Of a DNA stretch of 64,000 bases, positions 1 to 12,815 are shown piece by piece (the stretch's first letter is position 1; the number at the start of each line of letters is the position of its first letter). The notes beneath the pieces are model-generated. The model was not told where the DNA came from. It ran no database searches and saw only the letters and a list, made by a program, of their open reading frames with translations. The translations under genes were made by a program, and so were the position numbers. Source of the stretch: Vitrella brassicaformis CCMP3155 (taxonomy: Eukaryota; Protista; Chromerida). The stretch is taken from the NCBI GenBank assembly GCA_001179505.1, contig CDMY01000666.1, positions 241,488-305,487 of the forward strand, written 5' to 3'.

Positions 1-137
1 TCTGTCCCTCCCCACTCCCCCTCCCTCTCTCCTTCCTACTCGGCCCGCCTGCCGGTTGAAAAAAGGCTGTGCAAGCAGGCGGGCGTGAGTGGCAAAGATC
101 GAGGGAAAGAGACAGAGGGAGGAGGTCATGTCATGTG

Positions 138-1829
138 CTAGCAGACGTCAGGGCCCCTGCGATGGATCAAGTTGCTCGCCGAGGAGGGCTCCGCCATCTG
201 GACACACACACACACTCAGAGGAGGTCCGTCACCATGTGTGTGTGTCTTGTGTTGTGGAATGTGTTGTGGGGTGCATGCCATGTCACTGACCTGCAGTCT
301 GTAGGCCAGCATGGCATTGTTCTGTTCTGCGCGTCGCAGCTTCTCCATCGTGGCCAGCAGCTCTTGCTTGAGCGCCGCCTCCGTCTCGCTGCCCTCATCC
401 ACACGACGCGCCAAACTCTGCACAAACCCACACACAGAGAAAGAAAAGTGTGTGTTGATGGTTCCCTCGTGTGCTGTGTGCTGTGCTATGTGCGTTTGTG
501 TGTGTGTCGCAGTTTGCCTTATTCTTCTCGTGTAGGTTGCGAACGCCGTCACGCAGTGCTGCACATACCATACCAACCGGACACACACAGTGCACCCAAT
601 GGATGGATGCATCTCTCCCCCCGTCCCCCCTCCTAATCCCTCACTCACTTCTAATAGTGTTCTGCATCCTCCCTACTGCCTCGGCCGATGCGGCGGCGGG
701 CTGGGAGGCCTCGGCCGCCTCGTGTGTGTCAGGGTGCGGGTGCATCGACACCAGTGTCGAAGACTGCACGCTGTTAGCCAACTCTGTAGAGGGAGGGACA
801 GGGGACAGGTGTGGGTACGGGACTGTATGTGCGTCTGTATGGGTGTGGATGTGTGTGTGGTGTGTACCGACTATGACTGGGCTAAGCTTCATCATGGCAC
901 TCTCGGCGTTCGGACAGCTGCACACACAACAACACAGGCAGGGAGGGGGGGAGGGAGGGATGGAGAGAGAATATCCATGCAGCCAGCCATTTCTCGATGC
1001 TTCCGTGGTGTGCTGTGCTGCGTTGAATGCGTTGCTCACTCACTCCTTGATTTGGTTGATGATGTGCCTCACCCACGCGTCAACGTCAAACTGCTCCAAG
1101 GGAGGATCGGAAGACGACGCACCTGACGCACACATAGACACACACAAGTACACACCATCTCTTCCCATCCCTGTGTGGCCGCTCCGGTCGGTCACCCTCT
1201 ACAGCCATCATGGCGCGCCTCTTTCGACCCCTCTCAGCTACGGGCGAGGACGCAGCCGCCGCCGCCGCAGCAGCAGCCACGGCCCCCTCGACAACACCAC
1301 CCCCACAAGCACTGGCAGAGTCCCCCTCCATCCCCCCTCCCATACCACCCCCATGCACATGCACGTTGCTCTCGCCACTAGCCGCTGCTGCCGCTGCCGC
1401 CGCTGCTGGTGGCTGTCGCGAGGCGCTCTCGTACCGCACAAACTCCCGCAGCGCCGCAGCGGTCGTCTGTAGGTCCTGGTGGGTCTCCAGGAACGCACGA
1501 GTCACCTGCAGCACGCCACACACACATACACAGGAAGGTCACACAGTGAGGTGTGTAGTGTCGTTTGTGTGTGTCGTGATGGGTTGAGGTCACTGACTCA
1601 CCCCGATGTGTACGTGAGGGAAGTCCCTGTTGAGCGAGTGGAGCTTGGCGGCGAAGGCCGCGTCGCCTCGGTGCGGCGATGTCCTGGCGACGCTGCCTGG
1701 GTCGCGAGAGTGCCCACCGCTCCCCTCCTGCATCCCCGCGTGGGCTCCATAGTGACAGCGGGTCTTCTTGCGCTCCATGCTCGGCGTGTGGCCGTCCATC
1801 GGCCGCTTCAGACCGATGACCGACGACAT
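138..1829 (-). CDS. Multi-exon hypothetical protein with Ala/Gly-rich region and C-terminal coiled coil
   Basis: Exon-like blocks MSSVIGLKRPMDG..., VTRAFLETHQDLQ..., DPPLEQFDVDAWVRHIINQIKE and ETEAALKQELLATMEKLRRAEQNNAMLAYRLQ are separated by GT-AG introns with GT tracts. No family recognised. Confidence 0.6.
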
Positions 1830-2403
1830 CCCGACCAACACACGAAATGAGGGCTGAGTCAGGCTTCAACTGTCTCCTCGTGGTGATGATGGCGGTGGAA
1901 AGGGATTCCTGGAGAGGCCTTCCTATGCATCGCTGGCTCTAAAATGAGTGTGAGACGACCCTAAGCCAAACCCTGAACCCCAGGACCGAGCCGCCTAGAG
2001 TTTTTTGTAGCGCGATGCATACGTGTGTTCTTAGTGAGATTCCCATTCTCCTGTACAGTCACTTCCAAGAAAAAAAAACCGCCGTCTATATATACAGGAA
2101 TGGGTGTAACTGCAGGCGCCCCACCGGTCAATATCCACACCGGATCTCTCACTCACCTGTTTGTCTGCGGTCACGTAGGTTCCTTTGCCTTATGGAGAGC
2201 TACGTCTGCGGTTCCTTGGCGCCCGCGTAGCTCTCCATTGAAGGGAAGGAGACATACGTCACCGCAGACATGTCGTAGCTCTGCTCTCGCTGCTGGGAAT
2301 GAATGGGTGGATGGGCCTCTTCTCTTCTCTGTCTGTCTGTCTGTCTGTCTGTCTGTGGTCGATTTATGTCTGTGGGTGCGTGTGTGTGTCGTGCCCCATC
2401 CGT

Positions 2404-2712
2404 CTATACAGCCCCACTCCCCACTCCGCCCATCCGCCCCTTCTTCACCCCCTCCTTCTCCCCCTCCTTCTCCCCCTTATCATTGCTGCTCTGCCGCTTG
2501 CGCTTCAGCCGCTCCATGCGGGTCGCCAGGTCCTCGTTCTCCTCGGCCGCCTCGCGATTTGTGTAGAAGATGACAGTCTCGGCAGCTTTCATGTCGGCCC
2601 GCAGCCACATGATGGTCTCGCCCACACCGTTGAGGAGCGATTGAATGCTGCCAGCAGAGTTGTTGGCACGGCCCAGGTCAGCAAACACCGACGTGGACGT
2701 GTACCTGATGTG

Positions 2713-2747
<35 letters not shown>

Positions 2748-3860
2748 CGAGCTTGTGTGTGGTGTGCGTTGTGATACGTCTGGATGCTCACTCCACTCAC
2801 CATTCCTCGTGGCACTTGATCTCCTTCTCTCCTCGCTCCAGGTAGTGGCTGTGCACGCCCGACATCCTAGGAGGATGCGAACCGCTGAACGTCAGGAGCG
2901 GGAGGAAGCCGAAACGACCACTCACGGGGGCCAACATGCCGCCCTGCACACACACACGCATTTGGTCTGCTTGGGGTTTGGGTCTGTGCAGGGGTGGACA
3001 TACCCGCAGACGCAGCACCAGGTGCAGACTACTGTATCTCTGGATGTTGTAGTAGCCCAGGGTGCGCTCATCCTCAAGCTGCTTCCCGTCAAATCTGACA
3101 CATGGCACCCAGCATTACGGATGACCTCTCTGTCTCTCTATGACGTCTCTCTCTCTCTCCACAGAGCTCACATGAGCCGCTGTTGGTCGACGGGGATGCC
3201 CATGCAGTCCCAAATCTTCTCCTTCACCCACAGCACAGCCGTGCAGGCCGGGTCGGCATGAAAAGGGAGTTCCTTGCCCGTGAGGGTCTTGACGAAGAAC
3301 TCCACGGGAGTGCACGGCGCCTCTCCGTGTGCCGCCCTGCACGCCGCCCTCTGCGCCACCTCCCTCTTGCGCAATTCCTCCAGCCGCTGGTACTCCTTCT
3401 CGTCGGCCTCGAGGCGCTCTTTCTCGGCCAAATATTGCTGCAGGAATGCCGAGTAGCCGTCCAGCTGTGTCTGCAAAGCCGACAGCACGCTCGCGGTGGC
3501 CTCGTGATCCATCCCTTTGATTTCGCCGACGAGTGACCGCCAGTTGCGGTGCGCAGGGGGCTGCAGGACGGCCGCCGGGTCCTCCTTGGCACCCTTGAGC
3601 GGCTGCCGGGCGTGCAGGGAGGTCATGCGCGCGTACAAAGGCCCAATGCGGTCGAATGCAGCCACCAACTCACCTGCAGCAAGCAAAGCTGGACGGGTGA
3701 CCTGATTCATCGTGCCGATGGCGTGCGCCACTCACCGAGGAGGATGGCTCGACGAAGAGAATCGTTGGAGTCGGTCGCTGAGGCCGCAGCAGCTGCAGCC
3801 ATGGCGCTCCCTTGCGCCAGCAGGCCGCGCAACGCCTGCAAAGCAAAGCAGTCGATCACG
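2404..3860 (-). CDS. Protein with internal ubiquitin-like domain; 5' end runs into the assembly gap
   Basis: Spliced exons give [13 protein letters not shown]...[49 protein letters not shown]|[14 protein letters not shown] helical/coiled-coil region lies upstream and a charged tail downstream. Confidence 0.85.
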
Positions 3861-3905
3861 ACTTCAAAGCTCGCTGAAGAAAGGGGGGGGGGGGGGAGGG
3901 GGGGG

Positions 3906-4205
3906 NNNNNNNNNNNNNNNNNNNNNNNNNNNNNNNNNNNNNNNNNNNNNNNNNNNNNNNNNNNNNNNNNNNNNNNNNNNNNNNNNNNNNNNNNNNNNNN
4001 NNNNNNNNNNNNNNNNNNNNNNNNNNNNNNNNNNNNNNNNNNNNNNNNNNNNNNNNNNNNNNNNNNNNNNNNNNNNNNNNNNNNNNNNNNNNNNNNNNNN
4101 NNNNNNNNNNNNNNNNNNNNNNNNNNNNNNNNNNNNNNNNNNNNNNNNNNNNNNNNNNNNNNNNNNNNNNNNNNNNNNNNNNNNNNNNNNNNNNNNNNNN
4201 NNNNN
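3906..4205. other. Assembly gap (300 N) flanked by poly-G
   Basis: N run seen directly. Confidence 1.
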
Positions 4206-5969
4206 GGGGGGGGGGGGGGAGAGGGAGGAGAGGAAGAGGAAGAGGATACAGACACATCCATTCACCGGTGGCTGCATTCCTTCTCCTTTGTTTGTGTCCG
4301 TACAGGTTCATGACGGTCTCCTCTCACCAAATGCCTCTCACCTACCCCCGACGTGCCCTTCCCACATCGCGCAAGACACCAAACAGCGATGGTCGCATCG
4401 ATGGGCTCAAACAGGTCGGTATCCAACGGACAGAATTGGCGCGGGCGGTCATTCAGTCGTTGGATGGTTTCCATGTGCATGTCCATGTGCAGGTTCAAAG
4501 GGGGTGGCAAAAGGCCTCGTGCACCTGCATTCATCCGTCAGGTATGCTCACAGGACAACCGTCGACGTCATGTGTCGACGTCATGTGAGGACCTCTGTGA
4601 ATAACGTGTGTGTCCGTCACTCTTTGCAGGGTCACCGTGGCCGGCAGGCAGTGCGTGAGGGACTGATGGTTCTGTTCTGTGCCGGCTGATGTCAATAAGG
4701 CAGCACACAAGAACCAGAATGGACGAGTAACCAAGCACACCACACACAAGCCAAGCACACGGACACCTACCCCTCTCCTTGTCTGTGTCAGGAACGGCGT
4801 GCGGCACACACGTGAGCTCTGGAGGGCGGACGAGGGAACACAAGTACGTAATCACTACGCCACGCATGTCCAGCGTTCGTCGAATAGCAATGGGCCGCTT
4901 TGCCTCTTGTCTGTGTGTCAGGAGCCCGCACGAGGAGGGAGTGGTCGGTCCGTGCGGCTGGTTTCGGGCGGCTTTTGATCGATGTGGCCCTATCCATTGA
5001 TCCGTGTGGATTTTGCTCGATGTGGGAAGTCGATTGACCCAATGGACTCGAATGGAGCCTCACCAAATGGGTACAGACACACAAGTAGCGCCCAGCCGCT
5101 GGTCTTCACTGACTTTCACGTTTCGTGCAGGGCAGATGGGTGCACACATGAGAGAGAGAAGGCCATGGGTAGCACTGCTCTCACTTCGTGGCTTTTGGTG
5201 GCTAAATTATCTGCCTGGCGCCCGGCCACGCCATCGCAGTGTGCCAGGTGTTGAGTAGGCGAGAAGTCGGTGCATGTGTGTCTGGAGTCTGGACTGTCGA
5301 TGTCAGTGAGGCGATGCGATTTTCGAGGCATTCCGTGGAGCCCATGAAGGGATCCACCCAGTGCCAATGAAGGTGAACACCATCACCATGCACACACTCA
5401 TGCAATCATGGCATCAAATCATCCATTGCAAAGGTCAACAAGAATGCAAGCCGTTTCGGTCCACAATGCTGCCTGGTAAAGACTGAGCACCCGCCAGAGG
5501 CCAAATGAAGGCCCTCTACACCGAACAGGCGCAAATGAAGTCAGCAGAGCTCCAGAAACGGCTGCCCAAAGCGAAAAGATCTCATCAAAGTGAGCGGATT
5601 TCAGTGACCACTTTACGCAATCAGACCTCGTCCATGGCAGCAACCATTCTCTCTCCCTCTCTCGGCCTTAATGGCCTCTTGTTGTCCGCAGAAAACGAAA
5701 TTTAAATGCGGCGAGATTTTTGCGAGCTGAGACGGAGACAAGCCCGCATTTAGAATCCGCAGCGATTTTTCACATTTTTCATCCGCGTTCGGCTTTCCAG
5801 CCTTGTTTCAGCCACAGATCCTCCAGTTCTTTTTGTTTTCGGCTGGTTGTTGGCTTGTATTGTCCGCCGCATCTCCCTCGACCCCTCCCAACTTTTCCGC
5901 ATTTCATCCTCCACTTTTTTCCTCCACCGCCGTGCCCCGGGCGAGGCCTCGCTTGGTGGCGCCCTGCCT

Positions 5970-7260
5970 TCTGCGGAGCGGCTGGCGACTGCCTGCCATC
6001 TGCAGAGTGCGCACGCGCCTTCTTCTCGCATATACCGACCACCAACAGGTGAGTACATATGAGTGTGGCCTCGTGTGTCATGTCTGTTGGGTGTGGTGAT
6101 GGTGGGATGTATGGTTGGTGTGTAGGAATGAATGTATGGCGCATTTCGTTGCCATGGGTGTCCTCATAGACCTCTCAGTGCCATGTCTGTGTGTGCAGAT
6201 GAAACGGCGATTTCTTCCTTTCATCCCCGTCTCCTTTTCTCGACACATCTCTCTGAAGGTAAGCAAGTGCCCCACTGAATCTGGTGCTCACGTGCACGTC
6301 AGTGACCCTGTCTGGTGCTCTTCAGAAATGCGACCCTTTGGTCCGACGAAAAAAGGGCAGAAAAGAGACAGATCAGATCAAATAATCCAATTCATCGTTC
6401 TCCCTTGCAGCTGACCAGGAAGTTTCACCACGACGACAACAAGCGTGTGGTCGAAAAGAAGATATGCACACGAACGACACGAAGGTAGTCGTATACTCAC
6501 GTGCACTATGTCAGAAATTCAGAATCCTCGCTGACTTTTTCAGCAGAAGAACAGTTGTCTTCTCAGACAAATGCGGAGCTTACAAGTAGTCAGTCATGTG
6601 ATTGGGCTGTCATCAAGGGCTCCTTACATCGTGGCGAGCACTTGGCATCTCTCTCTTTCTTTTGCCGTTCAGCTCAGGGAGAGGAGTCTGGCGACACCGT
6701 TATCGGCCTTCTTTTCTCTCGGTGGCTTGTGTGTGGATGTGTAGGCCTCAGCTGTGCGCGCCTTCTCCCCTAGAAAGACCTCCGACAGGTCAGTCCATGT
6801 GTGTGTGGCCTCGTGTGTCATGTCTCGTTGCTGTGAGGATGTGTGATGTATGAATGGTGTGTGAAGAGAAAATACGACCCTTTCCGCTGCTGTGTGTGTG
6901 GTCATGTGCCTCCCTTTGTCATGTTCAGGTGCAGATGAAAATGATATTCTCTTCGTTGCCGTCTCGTTTTCTCGCCGCACTTCTGAACAGAGTGTAAGTG
7001 CCTTTAATGAGTGTGGTTTTTGTGTGCAGTTCAATTCTGCATTTTGCTGCCTTTCAGAATTCCCGTCTTTTCTCTCTAGAAAGTGTTGAATCTTTTGGAT
7101 TTCAGAGGGAAAAAAAGAATCAAGCTGTCTTCTTTTCTTTGTCGCTGACAGCCTTTGTCAAGATGTCCCACCACGACAGCAGCCGTCTGGTCGAAAGAGT
7201 GGACTCGCGCATGGAAGACCGAAAGGTATAGTCAATACTCATGTGTCAGAAGTCAGGAAA
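5970..7260 (+). repeat. Degenerate ~736-nt tandem duplication carrying splice-flanked mini-exons
   Basis: Shared blocks include tgtggcctcgtgtgtcatgtct, gtgcagATGAAA (ATG at 6199 and 6935) and caccacgac...tggtcgaaa...gaaggta. The offset is about 736 nt. Confidence 0.65.
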
Positions 7261-7672
7261 ACTGCTTTGCGCTGTTGAGCACACAATTGATTTCTGATTT
7301 CTGACAGAATGCAGATTTCCTTCTTGCTTCACAGCTGATGGGAGCCCCCGGAAGCATAGACATATCCTGACGGCCCCACAGGTACGTAAGCAAGTGAGAA
7401 AACAAATGATTCGCCATGCTGTTTCTCATGTCTCTCCCCTCCCGTGTTTGTCTCCGCGCACCGAGGAGGAGAGGGACTCGAAGCCGCCGGAAGAAGCCAG
7501 CCCCACCATTTGTTTTCTGTTCCATCAATCAGGCTCTGACCTTCTCTGTGTCTTCATTCAGATCCATCCATCAATCGAAGGCCTGAAGAGATAGGTCCTC
7601 GAAGACGCCGCTGTAAGTCTCACACTGTGGATCGCACGCCTGTGTGGCGTGAGTGTGTCTGTGTGCGGATGG

Positions 7673-9048
7673 GGCGCAGGAGGCTTTGTGTGCTGACGGC
7701 CATGCAGAGGGATCCGGTGCGGGAGGGGACCTTTGGCGCGATCATCCTGTGCGGGATGAGGGATGCCACAAGAGGACTCACCCTGACGGATGGTATGCGC
7801 ACAACAGACACACACAAACCACAAGTGGATTGACTGGCCGACGGGCGTGTGTCTGCCGTTTTGTGGGTGCGTGTGTGCTGTAGGAGAAACAGTGGCTGTC
7901 GAGCCCAGGGCGGCCAGCACCCACACATCATCAACTGTGAGGAGGTCATGCACTTCACCACCGGCGGCAGCAACGTGATGGCGTACACGGTACGAGCTGG
8001 CAAAGATACACACAGATGTGTTCAAGGCGCCGATCGATCTGTGTCTGTCCATCCCCAGCAGCAGCCAGACAACGAGGGCGAGCACGTCATCGAGATCCCT
8101 CTGTTGCTCGAGGTGAGCCCATCATCGGCAAGAAGAGCAGAAGGCGGCCCAAGTTCAAGCCTGACCCGAAGCTCCACACCATCCACGAGGCACCAGACAC
8201 CATCGCCGCCAGCATCAGGTCTGTCGTCGTGTGGGCCGTCGATGGTGAAACGCCGGTCACCGCCTTCGCCTGCTTCACCCTCATCTGCATGATCCGACCA
8301 CCGGCGTGTCATGCGTTTGATGTCCGTGCAGGTGCGCAGCACCATGAGGCTCATGCCCCTCCGCCTCCCACTGCTCAGGGGCAGCAGGGGCAGCAGGTGT
8401 GTGGCGGCCAATGGTGGTGGCAGCGGCAGTAGTGGGGAGAAGAAGGAGGCGGGCAGCAAGAGGCAGCGGCTGCGGGTGGTGACACTGTGGTGGGGGTGCC
8501 GCATCGCCGGCCCTTGTCGCTCTGTGTCACCGATGTCCGCCGCGTTTGGTTTCGTCGGCCCTCACGCCACCTCCACCGCCAAGTCCAGCGCCACCTCCCT
8601 TCCTCGCCGCTCAGCGGCCCACAGGCAGCCTCACCGTCACCACCAATCGTACGCTCGCCGCACCGTACGGACCCCTGCGGCAGCGGCCTCGCCTGACGCT
8701 CGGCCTGACGGTCCGCCATCGCCCTCGCAGCCCCGTCCCGGCGCCGCCATTCACAGCAGCGAGGACGGCAATGTCAGTCTGCAGTCGGCGGTGGCGCAGT
8801 GGCAGGCAGCAGGGCTCAGTGTGGGCATCTTCAACCGCACCAGCGGCCTCACAACCAACCTGCCTCCCGTGCCACCGACTCGACCTCCCCCCCTGCCGAT
8901 GGGCACCATTCCCAGCGACTCACCCAACCGCACCGTGTACCGCGTCAAGCCTCATCCTAATCTGCACGGCCCTGTTCCTGCTGGTCGCGGCCGTCCTGGA
9001 GCCACGAGTTCTCGGTGGACGTCCTTGGGCACCTCCTATACCTCCTGA
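7673..9048 (+). CDS. Possible multi-exon hypothetical protein, Ser/Pro-rich
   Basis: Spliceable chain EALCADGHAEG...HPDG-WRNSGCRAQGGQHPHIINCEEVMHFTTGGSNVMAYT-QQPDNEGEHVIEIPLLLE. The downstream frame is ambiguous. Confidence 0.35.
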
Positions 9049-10119
9049 CCTTCCTCTGCCTCATTGCTGGGTGAGAATTAGCAGCACTGCAAAAGCATGG
9101 ATCTTGACCCATGATTCATAACTCGTCATGTATTCGGTGTGTGCGTTTCAGGGCTGTGGGGATAATGCGGGACATTATACGCCCACCGAGCCGTGTCTCT
9201 GCCACCACGCCAGCCCATGGCGCCGCCAGCAACAAAACCCTCGGCATGCTCCCCGACGCCCTCTCGGTAGTCATGGCCATCGGACAGCTGGTCCTCGCCG
9301 GATGCTGGCTCATCGGGGTGTTGACGTTCGGACCCGCCAACACTTCAAGAGCTCCCTCACGGTGAGCCAGGGAGGGAGGGAGGGAGGGAGGGAGGGGGAC
9401 AGTGCCGACGCGCACCATACGCACCACACACGTGCACTTCGTGTCTCTGTACTCGCAGATCGAATCGTTGTCTACATTTTATATTCGTCGGCATATCTTC
9501 GCTTCTTCGCATCATGTCTCCGACAGGACCAGAACAAGACCTCAATGGCAAAGACATACACTCAATACATAAGGAGTACTTTGTCTTCTATGCTCTTCTC
9601 TCTGTCGATGGGTGGTTTGCAGATCGCTGGCTACATTTTATATTCGATCGGGAAGATGACTTCGAACCGCACTGTCTTGCTTGCCGTTTGCACATCAGAA
9701 GTGAGCTGTCAAATATACTATGTATACTGATCAAGTCAGTCGTGTGTACGTGTCTTGTGCCTCTGCGTGTGCAGATGGATGTCGCTGTCTCCATCTCATA
9801 TCTTCGATGGGCCTACTAAATCATCCACGTCTGCCCCCGGCGGCCCCACAGGTACGTACGTAAGTGAGGGAGACACAAAAGAGGTGATAATCAGGATTTG
9901 CTCATGTCTCTTCTGTTTTCTCTGTTTGTCTCCGCATCTTTGGCCGCTTCGGCGGCCCCCTGAGACGCCTCCTCTATCTGGCCCGCTACCCCACGGGCCA
10001 GCCTACGCCCTCCACTTGCAGCGTTGATGACGCTGCCAGATGGAGGCAGCGATAAGGTACGCCTGCCTGATGCGATGTGGGTACTCATCTGTGTGTTCCC
10101 ATCTGTTCTGCGATCCCCA

Positions 10120-11558
10120 GGAGGTCAGTCGTCTCCTGAAGGAGAAGTTGCGCGCTGAGCGGGAGGAGAGGGCCAAGAAGGAGGCCCTACTCGAGCAGGT
10201 TGGACCGAGAGGGAAGGCGGGCCAATGGCTGCCAATGACCTCTGCTGCCCTGTCTTTCAGGAGCTGTTGCGTGTGTGCCGGGAGAAGTCGGAGATCAACA
10301 AGATAAGATCATCGACTTGGACACATGCCAATCTGAATGCCCGTGTGGTGTGCGTGCAGGAGCTGGCGGCCATGAAGGATGACAACAAGAACCTGCTGGA
10401 CAAGCTTCGCAAAGTGTTGGTACGCGCCACACACTCACTCACACACGTGTCTGTCCGTCCGTCCGTCCGTCCGTCTGTGTGTTGGTGTGCGTGTCGTGTG
10501 TTTCAGGGGGGAGTACATTTGCACCAAGAGCGATATATATTCATTCGGGCTGATGATCTTGGAGTTACTAGTATATGAGGGATATCAGGTACGCAGGAAA
10601 GCGAGATCATCTGATCAAACGGATCTCTCAGATACACGTGACTTGTCTGTGTCTGGGTTATCTGACCTACGTCTGCAGAAGGGCTTGCCCGTGTTTAGTT
10701 CGGTCGAGGCCGTCGTGGCTGCCGCCACCGCGGGCGGCAAATGGCCATTGGAAGTCGCCAGGGTGCTCGCCGAGGCCGCCTTCAGGTCAGGGCAACACTC
10801 ACTCACACAGAGTGCTCCTGTACACATATGACATACGTATGTTTCAACTGTATGAATGCCTCTCTCGTCCATGCAGATACCTGGAGGCCCAGCCCTCTGC
10901 GCGTCCGACCGCTGCGGAGCTCCTCTCGGAGATCTCGCGCGTGAGGACGCCGGAGGGCCTCAACGGCCCGTCCAAGCTGCGCCCAAAGAAGCAGCAGCCG
11001 CAGCAGCCAGAGAAGGGGGCCGACAAGCCCCCACTGGCCCATTGTCGCGCCCAGGCCGCGCCGCCAAAGCGCCCCCAGCCACTGCCTCACCGCCCAGCTG
11101 CCAAGGCCCCCCCAGCAGCACCAAAGGCCATCCAAGTGATAGCCAAGGCCAAGGCTCCGCCGGCTGCTGCCAAGGCCCCCCCAGCAGCAGCCGGGGGGGC
11201 CACCACGCAGCCACCACCGCCACCATCGGCAGCGGGAGGGCGACGGCCCGCCAAGAGGGCTGGCGACCAAGGGGGGAAAGCGGCAGCCCTGAGACAGCCG
11301 GCCGACCGTGTGGGTGCGAGGGGAGGGGAGGTCAAGGAAGCGGCAGGAGGCACGCCCGCAGATGCCGCCGAGGCGGCGCGCAAGGCCGCTGCGCGACGCC
11401 TCGCGACACGTCGGGGAGAGGGCAAGCCGGGAGAGCAGCCGATGGACCGCAGGGGGGCCAAGGCGAGAGGGGCAGGGACACGTGCTGCTCACTCGCGACG
11501 GGACGGCCAAGATATCCGACCTCGGCCTGGCGCTCACCGTGGCGCCCAATACACGTAG
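10120..11558 (+). pseudogene. Chimeric relic: coiled-coil exons joined to kinase subdomains IX-XI and a Pro/Ala-rich tail
   Basis: Exons EVSRLLKEKLRAERE..., GEYICTKSDIYSFGLMILELL, KGLPVFSSVEAVV...AFR and YLEAQPSARPTAAELL. There is no N-lobe, HRD or DFG. The apparent donor at 10303 reads AT instead of GT. Confidence 0.7.
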
Positions 11559-12507
11559 GAGGGAGGGACTCGAATGCACCATTCCATTCATACGCACCCG
11601 GACATGTACGTGTGTATGTATGTATGTGTGCTTTTGTACATGCAGGCCGCCTTTTGACTAAGCCTCGTGGCACGACGGATTTCATGGCGCCCGAGGTGCA
11701 AAGGTCAGATCATACCCACACACACACACATGGCAGACAAGAGCCACTCATATATGTCTGCCTGCCTGCGTGTCTGTCTGTCTGTCTGTCTGTCCGTCCG
11801 TCTGTGTGTTGTGTGCGTGTCTGTCGTGTGTTTCAGGGGGGAGTATATATGCACGAAGAGCGACATGTACTCGTTCGGGTTGATGATGTTGGAACTACTT
11901 GTGCATCAGGGATATCAGGTACGCAGGAAAGCGAGATCATCTGAGCAAACAGATTTCTCACATACACGTGACTTGTCTGTGTCTGGGGTATCTGACGTAC
12001 GTCTGCAGAAGGGCCTGCCCGTGTTTAGGTCGGTCGAGGCCGTCGTGGCGGCCGCCACGGCGGGCGGCAAATGGCCATCGGAAGTCGCCAGGGTGCTCGC
12101 CGAGGCCGCCTTCAGGTCAGGGCAACACTCACTCACACAGAGTGCTCCTGTACACATATGACATACGTATGTTTCAATTGTATGAATGCCTCTCTCGTCC
12201 ATGCAGATACCTGGAGGCCGAGCCCTCTAAGCGTCCGATCGCTGCGGAGCTCCTCTCGGAGATCTCGCGCGTGAGGACGCCGGAGGGCCTCAATGGCCCG
12301 TCCAAGCTGCGCCCAAAGAAGCAGCAGCCGCAGCAGCCAGAGGAGGGGGCCGACAGGCCCCCACTGCCCCACCGTCGCGCCCAGGCCGCACCGCCAAAGC
12401 CCGCCCAGCCACTGCCCCACCGCACAGCTGCCAAGGGCCCCCCCAACAGCACCAAAGGCCATCCAAGTGACAACCAAGGCCAAGGCTCCGCCGGCTGCTG
12501 CCAAGGC
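11475..12507 (+). pseudogene. Second kinase C-lobe fragment (subdomains VIb/VII-XI), truncated next to the 22-nt motif
   Basis: GHVLLTRDGTAKISDLGLA, TKPRGTTDFMAPE, KSDMYSFGLMMLELL and YLEAEPSKRPIAAELL. It is a close copy of 10445-11176 at an offset of ~1330 nt, and homology stops at 12507. Confidence 0.75.
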
Positions 12508-12815
12508 AGAGACATCGCTGTCTTCATTATATCCGTGAGAGTCCCGTACAAACGAATAACGATGCAGTGGATGGACATGAGAAGGTAGGGGAGTGGCGAG
12601 AAAGAACCATCTTCATGGATCTCGTTGGTGTGTGTGAGGCTGCAGAGCATCATGTCACGACGAGCCACGTCTACCAAATCAGAAGGAAGCGTTAAGGCCT
12701 GGTAGGCAGTAAGCTTTTCAATCATAGTGGATGTCAGCCCGTCTGTCTGTCTGTCTGTCTCTCTCTCTCTTCGGCAGAGGCATCGCTGTTTACATTTTAT
12801 ATCGCGGTCGGTCCT

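Noticed and set aside
471-1472. 333-aa plus-strand ORF and many other CV/HT-rich ORFs
   Set aside because: They are translations of (GT/CA)n intronic microsatellites.
3893-4220. Poly-G tracts at all gaps as G-quadruplex elements
   Set aside because: More simply explained by short-read assembly failure at homopolymers; true lengths are unknown.
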